Program-made: the position numbers and the translations under genes | Origin: a virus | Direction: 5' to 3' (one strand) | DNA length: 64,000 nt | IMG/VR virus record: IMGVR_UViG_3300036770_005084 | Location: 32,001-96,000 of that record | In this document: positions 57,373 to 64,000 of the stretch, piece after piece | How positions within the stretch are numbered: the stretch's first letter is position 1 | Layout of the letters: every line of letters begins with the position of its first letter | The notes under the pieces: model-generated | The model's input: the letters and a program-made list of their open reading frames with translations, nothing else | The model's database searches: none | Told to the model about the DNA's origin: nothing

Positions 57373-57403
57373 AAACCCTCACTAAATAGTGAGGGTTTTT
57401 TTT
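57373..57403 (+). terminator. Terminator hairpin with TAAATA in its loop
   Basis: AAACCCTCACT-aaat-AGTGAGGGTTT followed by a T run. Confidence 0.85.
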
Positions 57404-57406
57404 ATC

Positions 57407-57568
57407 ATGCCAAGAAATCATATAACAAAACAAGAAATAAAAACTTTTGTAGAAAAGTTAAAGACAGAACTATATAACTTAAATTATTATGGATATGGTG
57501 ATCCTAAAGAACTAGCACATAAATATCTCAATAAAGTTATGGATAAAATTCAAGAATATAGGGAGTAG
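57407..57568 (+). CDS. Small hypothetical protein, 53 aa
   Basis: Read manually: MPRNHITK..AHKYLNKVMDKIQEYRE. Confidence 0.6.
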   Translation: MPRNHITKQEIKTFVEKLKTELYNLNYYGYGDPKELAHKYLNKVMDKIQEYRE

Positions 57569-57571
57569 AAA

Positions 57572-58270
57572 ATGCAGATCGATCTACATAACTTCTTTAA
57601 ATACTATGACGAGAAGAATCCAAAGCACGTTGCTGCTGTTGAGCAACTAGAAAAGGATCTTCTCAATTCAGTTAGTAGTCTTATGGAAGATGATGCTAAC
57701 TGGGTTAGAATTTTTAGAAAAAAAGAAGTGATTCCAAAATCAAATATACTTGAAGTTCCTTTTTTCCCACAAACAGATAATTATAGGGATGCAAATAGAA
57801 CTTGTAATTCATCTGCTTGTGCAATGTGTCTTGAGTATTTTAGTCCAGGAACACTTAAAGGACCTAACGGTGATGATCAATATGTACAGAAGGTCTTTGC
57901 AATTGGTGACACCACAGACCATCTAGTACAGACTAAAGTTTTAAATTCATACGGAATTAAATCTACTTTCTCGTATACTCTTACTTTTGCAGATCTTGAT
58001 AGAGAGATTGCTTCTGGCAGACCTATTGTTATTGGAATTCTTCATCGAGGACCTATTTCCAATCCAACCGGAGGACACATGGTAGTTGTGATTGGTAAAA
58101 CTCCATCAGGTGACTATGTTGTAAATGATCCTTATGGTTCACTTAACGATGGTTATACTGGTGCAGTTACTAACGGCAAAGGTGCTATCTATAAAAAATC
58201 TGATTTATCCCGTAGATGGGTTCCTAATGGTAATGATGGTTGGGGAAGAATCTTTGACGTAAAAAAGTAG
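57572..58270 (+). CDS. C39-like cysteine peptidase (putative cell-wall peptidase)
   Basis: VPFFPQTDN, TCNSSACAM, GGHMVVVIG, VNDPYG. Confidence 0.85.
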   Translation: MQIDLHNFFKYYDEKNPKHVAAVEQLEKDLLNSVSSLMEDDANWVRIFRKKEVIPKSNILEVPFFPQTDNYRDANRTCNSSACAMCLEYFSPGTLKGPNGDDQYVQKVFAIGDTTDHLVQTKVLNSYGIKSTFSYTLTFADLDREIASGRPIVIGILHRGPISNPTGGHMVVVIGKTPSGDYVVNDPYGSLNDGYTGAVTNGKGAIYKKSDLSRRWVPNGNDGWGRIFDVKK

Positions 58271-58330
58271 AATCAACATCACAAAAAGTCCCTCAGTGTG
58301 GTGTTGATTTAATTAAAGAATTTGAGGGGT
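58261..58330 (+). promoter_or_regulatory. Putative programmed -1 ribosomal frameshift signal
   Basis: A_AAA_AAG directly before TAG; 13-bp stem 58271-83/58297-309; loop CCCTCA pairs with TGAGGG at 58323. Confidence 0.8.
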
Positions 58331-58746
58331 GTCACTTGAATGCTTATCCTGATCCATTAACTGGGGGACTTCCAATCACAATTGGATGGGGTTCTACTAA
58401 AGACTTTGATGGAAATTCATTTAAATTGGGAAGAACTATTTCTCAAGATTATGCAAACAGATTGTTAACGTATGACATTGAAAATAGATTTATTCCTACA
58501 CTACAAAAGATACCTTACTGGGGGGAGATGAATGACAACCAACGTGGGGCACTTTTATCCTTTGCTTACAATCTCGGTGCTGGCTTCTATGGCAACAGCA
58601 ATTTCAATACTATTACCCGCAATCTACGTGAGAAGAATTGGAAGGCAATCCCAGAAACATTAAAACTATATCGTAATCCTGGATCAAATGTTGAAGCAGG
58701 ATTGCTTAGAAGACGTGCTGCTGAAGGTAAACTTTGGAATTCTTAA
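58261..58746 (+). CDS. GH24 lysozyme domain in the -1 frame (C-terminal part of predicted 391-aa peptidase-lysozyme fusion)
   Basis: LIKEFEGCHLNAYPD..TIGWGST, ALLSFAYNLG, GLLRRRAAE; no ATG/GTG/TTG between TGA 58255 and the catalytic Glu. Confidence 0.85.
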   Translation, partial: KKVESTSQKVPQCGVDLIKEFEGCHLNAYPDPLTGGLPITIGWGSTKDFDGNSFKLGRTISQDYANRLLTYDIENRFIPTLQKIPYWGEMNDNQRGALLSFAYNLGAGFYGNSNFNTITRNLREKNWKAIPETLKLYRNPGSNVEAGLLRRRAAEGKLWNS

Positions 58747-59030
58747 TCGTCTACTTTAGTTCTTAATGCAATTACTGTAGTAAGAATAGTTAGTAAAGTT
58801 TCATACCCTCTTCTTTCAGATTCTTTGCAATCTAAAGGAGGGGGGTTTTTTAATTCTCCTTTTACATTTGCTTTATTAATGGTTCCTGGAACCATGAAGT
58901 TGCAAGCAATAAAGTTAATACCAACAAATCCAACAACGGAACAGCAGACACCAAAGATTAATTTATTTAGTAGTGATCCGTATTTTTTCTCTGATGAATC
59001 TGATGATTTTTGGAAATTATCTTTTTCCAT
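58743..59030 (-). CDS. Two-helix membrane protein convergent with lysozyme
   Basis: Hydrophobic LIFGVCCSVVGFVGINFIA and TLLTILTTVIAL; ATG 59030. Confidence 0.6.
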   Translation of the reverse strand: MEKDNFQKSSDSSEKKYGSLLNKLIFGVCCSVVGFVGINFIACNFMVPGTINKANVKGELKNPPPLDCKESERRGYETLLTILTTVIALRTKVDD

Positions 59031-59133
59031 CAGGAACCTTCTATGTTGTCTAACAATAATATGTATATTATACAACAAAGAACAAATGTTAAAATAAGAC
59101 CTAGACCTATACTTACTCCCCAGGGAAATTCAG

Positions 59134-59340
59134 TCATTCCCAATTCTCATATAAATTTCTAAAGTATATATCATATTCTTCTAATGTGGTGTATTTTTCA
59201 ATTTTATTTTCATCGCACCAAAATAGTGCTATTTCATGAAATTTTTCTTTAGACCTTACTTTATTTACACCATAACTTCTTGAAAATGATGACATTATAA
59301 AATGCCAACATTTAATTTTAGAATCATTGTCCTTTTTCAT
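59134..59340 (-). CDS. Hypothetical protein
   Basis: ORF overlapping the upstream minus-strand gene. Confidence 0.65.
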   Translation of the reverse strand: MKKDNDSKIKCWHFIMSSFSRSYGVNKVRSKEKFHEIALFWCDENKIEKYTTLEEYDIYFRNLYENWE

Positions 59341-59518
59341 TTTTATGAATCCAGGTTTTTAGTTCTGAAATATATTCTCTAAGTATTTGTGCTTTTTTTA
59401 AATGCCACTCATCACCATCTTTTAAATATTCTTGAGTATGATTGTCTATTGCTTTTAGTATATTATGTATCGGGGAATTCCATCCTTCACGTATAGGAGT
59501 GTTCCATTCTCGGGGCAT
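59324..59518 (-). CDS. Conserved cyanophage hypothetical protein
   Basis: MPREWNTPIRE.WN.PIH.ILKAIDNH. Confidence 0.7.
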   Translation of the reverse strand: MPREWNTPIREGWNSPIHNILKAIDNHTQEYLKDGDEWHLKKAQILREYISELKTWIHKNEKGQ

Positions 59519-59591
59519 ATATTTTTCAGGAACTATTTTTATTTATTTCTTAGTGATAATATAAATACAAAAAATATAAAATTAATTTACA

Positions 59592-60011
59592 ATGAATCCT
59601 AAGTATAAAATACGAATAAATGAGATAACTAGATTAGAGTCATTCGATACTCTAAGTGATATTATTGTGAGAGTGGAGGTTTTTGTCCAAGCATATATAG
59701 AAGAGAATTCATCTATTTCCACTTCTCGGGTCTTTGTAATTGACTTTTCTGAAGAAGATTATAATTTTGATAATTTTGTATCATATACTAACGTAGATTC
59801 GGACTTAATTATTTCTTGGATTGTAAGTAAATATAATGTTTCTTCATTTGAAGAACTTCCAATAGTTAAGTCTATAACTGAAGAACTTTCTGAAGTTTTT
59901 TCTAGATATGAAAATAAAATTATCGAAACTGTTAACTGGAATGTTAATCTTGATAAAGTTACTATTAAAGAGGAAATTGGAATTTCAACTGGTACTCTAG
60001 GAGAGGTATGA
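59592..60011 (+). CDS. Hypothetical acidic protein
   Basis: ORF behind TATAAATA; FVSY..VD.D.IISWI motif. Confidence 0.65.
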   Translation: MNPKYKIRINEITRLESFDTLSDIIVRVEVFVQAYIEENSSISTSRVFVIDFSEEDYNFDNFVSYTNVDSDLIISWIVSKYNVSSFEELPIVKSITEELSEVFSRYENKIIETVNWNVNLDKVTIKEEIGISTGTLGEV

Positions 60012-60012
60012 T

Positions 60013-60381
60013 ATGGAAGATATAAAATACCAAATTGAATTAAAAGAAGTTAAATATAGAAATCAATATAATAATTGTGAAAAATTTATAGAATCCATTC
60101 TTGGAAAAGTTACTGTTACTTCTATTTCTTGTCCGGAAATAGTTTATGAAAAAAAGATAAATGTTAAGTTTGATCCTGAAAATTTTAATTCAGAATCATT
60201 TATTCCATATGAAGAAGTAGATTTAGATACTTTTGTCAATTGGATGATTGCTTTAGATGGTGAAGCAGATACAATTGAGCAGGTTGAAATAGTTAGGAAT
60301 GGAATTGAATATGTTCAAAACTGTATTTCCAAAAGATTGAGTTCTGAAACTGAGACTAAGGATTGGGTTATTTCTAATTAG
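60013..60381 (+). CDS. Hypothetical acidic protein, probable paralogue of upstream gene
   Basis: FIPYEEVDLDTFVNWM motif. Confidence 0.65.
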   Translation: MEDIKYQIELKEVKYRNQYNNCEKFIESILGKVTVTSISCPEIVYEKKINVKFDPENFNSESFIPYEEVDLDTFVNWMIALDGEADTIEQVEIVRNGIEYVQNCISKRLSSETETKDWVISN

Positions 60382-60395
60382 ATCTTGGAGAGGGG

Positions 60396-60429
60396 TTGAC
60401 AGAAAAGTTAGGATATGCTAACATAAATA
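60396..60429 (+). promoter_or_regulatory. psbA promoter region: TTGACA-N17-TAACAT plus TAAATA
   Basis: Overlapping sigma70-type and late-type elements. Confidence 0.7.
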
Positions 60430-60495
60430 AGTGTTAAGGAATGTTTCTTTTCCTTAACAATACATATCCCTCAACTACTCGGAGTATTTAAATCT

Positions 60496-61575
60496 ATGAC
60501 TGCAACTATCGCCCAACAGCGGAGTAGCAACACTTGGGAGCAATTTTGCGAGTGGGTCACTTCAACCGATAATCGTCTGTATGTCGGTTGGTTTGGAACT
60601 CTAATGATTCCAACCCTTCTTGCTGCTACTATTTGCTTCATCGTTGCTTTTATTGCTGCACCTCCCGTCGATATTGACGGTATCCGTGAACCAGTTGCTG
60701 GTTCACTCATGTATGGAAACAACATCATTTCTGGTGCTGTTGTTCCTTCATCCAATGCTATTGGACTTCACTTCTATCCCATCTGGGAAGCTGCTTCTCT
60801 TGACGAGTGGCTATATAATGGTGGACCATTCCAACTGGTCGTCTTCCACTTTCTGATTGGTATCTATGCCTACATGGGTCGTGAATGGGAACTATCTTAC
60901 CGACTGGGTATGCGTCCTTGGATTTGTGTTGCCTACTCAGCACCCGTTGCTGCTGCTAGTGCAGTTTTCCTGGTCTATCCCTTCGGTCAAGGATCCTTCT
61001 CTGATGCGATGCCTCTGGGGATTTCGGGAACTTTCAACTACATGCTTGTTTTCCAGGCAGAACACAACATTCTTATGCATCCTTTCCACATGCTGGGAGT
61101 TGCTGGTGTCTTCGGTGGTTCTCTTTTCTCTGCTATGCATGGATCTCTTGTCACCTCTAGTCTTGTACGTGAGACTACAGAAAATGAGTCTCAGAACTAT
61201 GGATACAAGTTTGGACAAGAAGAAGAGACCTACAACATTGTAGCTGCTCACGGTTATTTTGGTCGTCTTATTTTCCAATATGCTTCCTTCAATAACTCAC
61301 GTTCACTGCACTTCTTCCTTGCTGCTTGGCCTGTAGTTGGTATCTGGTTTGCTGCTCTTGGTGTTAGCACCATGGCATTCAACCTCAACGGTTTCAACTT
61401 CAACCAGTCCCTGCTGTCTTCTGACGGTCGTGTAGTCAACACTTGGGCAGACATCCTCAATCGTGCAAATCTTGGATTTGAAGTAATGCACGAACGAAAT
61501 GCTCATAACTTCCCTCTCGATCTTGCTGCTGCTGATAGCACTCCTGTTGCTCTTACCGCACCTGCAATCGGTTGA
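60496..61575 (+). CDS. psbA: Photosystem II D1 protein
   Basis: Unmistakable D1 sequence; no intron; REWELSY (Glu130 form). Confidence 0.99.
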   Translation: MTATIAQQRSSNTWEQFCEWVTSTDNRLYVGWFGTLMIPTLLAATICFIVAFIAAPPVDIDGIREPVAGSLMYGNNIISGAVVPSSNAIGLHFYPIWEAASLDEWLYNGGPFQLVVFHFLIGIYAYMGREWELSYRLGMRPWICVAYSAPVAAASAVFLVYPFGQGSFSDAMPLGISGTFNYMLVFQAEHNILMHPFHMLGVAGVFGGSLFSAMHGSLVTSSLVRETTENESQNYGYKFGQEEETYNIVAAHGYFGRLIFQYASFNNSRSLHFFLAAWPVVGIWFAALGVSTMAFNLNGFNFNQSLLSSDGRVVNTWADILNRANLGFEVMHERNAHNFPLDLAAADSTPVALTAPAIG

Positions 61576-61602
61576 TATAAAATTGAATAATTGATATACG
61601 TT

Positions 61603-61627
61603 AGAGGGTGTAACAACCCTCTTTTTT
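61603..61627 (+). terminator. Terminator after psbA
   Basis: AGAGGGT..ACCCTCT followed by a T run. Confidence 0.8.
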
Positions 61628-61659
61628 ATTTTTATACATAATGAGGTTGCTTTTTATCC

Positions 61660-61821
61660 ATGAAAACATTAACATTTACAGAAGATCAGATTAAACTTCT
61701 TGCTGATGCGGTTTGGATGCGTCAGAGATGTTTTATTGCCGGAGATAAAAGATTCAAAGAATATGGAGTAATGCTGGAAGATATTCTTTTAGATCTTGAG
61801 TATACTCCATCCCGGTATTGA
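61660..61821 (+). CDS. Small hypothetical protein, 53 aa
   Basis: Read manually: MKTLTFTEDQIKLLADAVWMRQRCFIAGD; GAGG RBS. Confidence 0.6.
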   Translation: MKTLTFTEDQIKLLADAVWMRQRCFIAGDKRFKEYGVMLEDILLDLEYTPSRY

Positions 61822-61931
61822 AATGATTACATCTGAAACATCTTATAAACTTGCAGAGATTATTAGAGATACTTTTCCAAATCTTTACAGAAAACCTCAA
61901 GTGACCTATAATAATCAAAAGTCTTTAAATA

Positions 61932-62204
61932 ATGAACGAATATTGGATTGTAACAGATAATAGAACCGGAAGAGTTATCTCACATTGTGGAGATATTACC
62001 GATGCAATTATGATGGTGGGATTTGATCCCAATCATAGAACCTATAGTCGGCATCGTTATATTATGGACCAAGTAATTGACATTACTTCCACAACCGATA
62101 AACAACTTCCCGGTCAAATTGGGTTGCCATTAGGGAAAATAGATTCTCTTAATTCATATAAAGAAAAACTTCCTGATAGGATGGAAGAACCTTTTATTCC
62201 ATAA
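61932..62204 (+). CDS. Hypothetical protein
   Basis: ORF track. Confidence 0.6.
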   Translation: MNEYWIVTDNRTGRVISHCGDITDAIMMVGFDPNHRTYSRHRYIMDQVIDITSTTDKQLPGQIGLPLGKIDSLNSYKEKLPDRMEEPFIP

Positions 62205-62223
62205 TATTAATATTATATTCACT

Positions 62224-63201
62224 ATGCATTTAGCAAAATTAGCATTGGATAATGGTGGAGTACTTAAACCACTAATTATTCCTTCATCATTAACTTCTGG
62301 GACAGGATTGATGAATCCATCAATTTTGATTGATGATGGAAAAATTTTAGTAAATATTCGTCACGTAAATTATACCTTTTATCATTCTGAAGAGAAATTA
62401 TATCAACATCAGTGGGGTCCATTGACGTATATACATCCTGAGCATGATATGCATCTTAGGACCTGGAATTGGTATTGTGAGTTAGATTCTGAATTCAATA
62501 TCACTAGATATCATAAAGTTGATACTTCAAAGTTTGATACTTATGAACCACTTTGGGATTTTGTTGGTCTTGAAGATGCTAGAATTTTTAAATGGGAAGG
62601 AAAACTATATCTTTCTGGAGTAAGAAGAGACACTACAACTAATGGTCAGGGAAGAATGGAACTTTCTGAAATTGTAGTTGGTGATGGTGTCAAGGAAGTT
62701 TCTAGGGTTAGAATTCAACCTCCAAATGATCCAAATTCATACTGTGAGAAAAATTGGATGCCCATTATGGATAAACCATATCATTATGTTAAGTGGACAA
62801 GTCCAACTGAAGTTGTAAAAGTAAATCCAGAAACTGGTGAGTCTGAGACAGTAGTTAAATCTAATTATATTCAGTTTTCAAGAGACTTACGAGGAGGTTC
62901 TCAGGTAGTAAAGTATGGAGATTATTATATTGCGGTTACTCACGAAGTAGAATTTCTTGAAAGTGAAGTTGGGAGAAAAGATGCAAAATATTTACATAGG
63001 TTCATAGTTTGGGATAGAGATTTTAATATCTTTGCTTATTCTAGAGATTTTTCTTTCATGAATGCTCACGTTGAATTTTGTGTAGGACTTCAAATTTTAA
63101 ATGATGATTTTATCTTTACTTTTGGGTATCAAGATAATGGTGCATACATACTAAAGTGTCCATCTTATGTTGTAGTTGATTTTTTAAATGGAAAATATTA
63201 A
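62224..63201 (+). CDS. Beta-propeller glycosidase-like protein (GH130/GH43-like)
   Basis: NPSI, GLEDAR, EKNWMP, LRGGS, VEFCVG, FGYQD. Confidence 0.7.
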   Translation: MHLAKLALDNGGVLKPLIIPSSLTSGTGLMNPSILIDDGKILVNIRHVNYTFYHSEEKLYQHQWGPLTYIHPEHDMHLRTWNWYCELDSEFNITRYHKVDTSKFDTYEPLWDFVGLEDARIFKWEGKLYLSGVRRDTTTNGQGRMELSEIVVGDGVKEVSRVRIQPPNDPNSYCEKNWMPIMDKPYHYVKWTSPTEVVKVNPETGESETVVKSNYIQFSRDLRGGSQVVKYGDYYIAVTHEVEFLESEVGRKDAKYLHRFIVWDRDFNIFAYSRDFSFMNAHVEFCVGLQILNDDFIFTFGYQDNGAYILKCPSYVVVDFLNGKY

Positions 63202-64000
63202 GTTGATAGATTGCTTTCCATATTTCAATGAAAAGGAAATATTGGAACTTAGAATTAAATTGCTTTATGATTACGTAGATAAGTTTGTAATTACCGAAGC
63301 AAATCAAACTCATTCTGGTCTTCCAAAGGAATATACTTGCCATGAAGTATTAAAAAGTATAGATGACCCATTAAATAAAATTGAATTAGTACAGATTGAT
63401 TTTTCCGAAAAGAATAATTTTGATCATTGGAAAAGGGAAAGAGTACAAAGGGATGCAGTTCTCCAAATCTTACATACTTTTGATGATGACTGTTTATTCT
63501 ATTTTGGTGATTGTGATGAAATTTTAAATCCAAATCATATTGCTTGGATATGTGATATTGCTAGACAAAATCCAATGAATATCCTGCGTACACCACTCGC
63601 ATTTTTAAATTGTAGAGCAGACCTTAGAGTTTTTGATGAGTATGACAATCCAATTATTTGGAGGTGTCCATACATAGCATCAAAAATGCACTTGGGCAAA
63701 TACACACCATCACAAATTAGAGAATCTTCAGCACTATCTGGGAGCATAGAAACTTCTGACTTGGGAAGATATGTTAGTTTTCCGGATATTACTATAACTT
63801 GTAATGATATTGAAGTTATTCTTGGTTGGCATTTTGCTTGGATGGGTGATAATGAAAGGAGAAAAATAAAGTGTAAATCATATCTTCATTATCATGATGA
63901 AGTTTCTAATTCTGTGGCACCACTTAATAGTGCTGAGATGATGAATTTTATGGAAATATACCGTGCAGAAAATGGTGCAACAGATCCTTTAGGTAGAAAT
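63188..64000 (+). CDS. Glycosyltransferase family 17-like (3'-truncated by window)
   Basis: Read manually: IDCFPYFNEKEILELR..VDKFVITEANQTHSG..GDCDEI..GWHFAWMG. Confidence 0.82.
   Translation, partial: MENIKLIDCFPYFNEKEILELRIKLLYDYVDKFVITEANQTHSGLPKEYTCHEVLKSIDDPLNKIELVQIDFSEKNNFDHWKRERVQRDAVLQILHTFDDDCLFYFGDCDEILNPNHIAWICDIARQNPMNILRTPLAFLNCRADLRVFDEYDNPIIWRCPYIASKMHLGKYTPSQIRESSALSGSIETSDLGRYVSFPDITITCNDIEVILGWHFAWMGDNERRKIKCKSYLHYHDEVSNSVAPLNSAEMMNFMEIYRAENGATDPLGRN

Noticed and set aside
58336-58746. Independent lysozyme starting at TTG 58336
   Set aside because: It would lack the first helix and catalytic Glu encoded upstream in the same frame. GAGGGG could act as an SD, so a minor inactive product is not excluded.
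60471-61506. Multiple overlapping ORFs within psbA
   Set aside because: Shadows of a conserved, higher-GC gene.
1-64000. CRISPR array, rRNA, integrase, IS element, or alternative genetic code
   Set aside because: No repeat-spacer arrays or such genes seen; core genes are full length under the standard code and TAG, TGA and TAA all act as stops.

Overview
64 kb of an AT-rich T4-like cyanomyovirus genome, probably freshwater (psbA and hli genes present, psbD not seen in the window). Almost all genes are on the + strand. Order: end of a large virion protein; neck, tail and head module (gp13-gp23, gp3); recombination, replication and late-transcription module (uvsY, uvsW, gp55, gp47, gp46, gp45, gp44, gp62, regA, hsp20, gp43, uvsX, gp41, mazG, gp61, nrdAB); an accessory region with rlpA, an SLH/beta-barrel outer-membrane protein, three tRNAs and a nucleotide-sugar/glycosyltransferase island; hli genes, a lysis locus, psbA and a second glycosylation block. 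Main findings: (1) the gp41 helicase is fractured inside its Walker A motif by an atypically split intein (14-aa IntN, 125-aa IntC), with an HExxH gene and an inverted HNH endonuclease between the halves; (2) a probable programmed -1 ribosomal frameshift (A_AAA_AAG plus 13-bp stem/pseudoknot) joins a C39-like peptidase to a start-less GH24 lysozyme; (3) two oppositely oriented sigma70 promoters 26 kb apart share an identical 26-bp element; (4) a ROSE-like thermometer precedes hsp20; (5) several candidate structured RNAs and capsid-targeted proteins. All calls come from reading the sequence and recalled family motifs; no database search was run.
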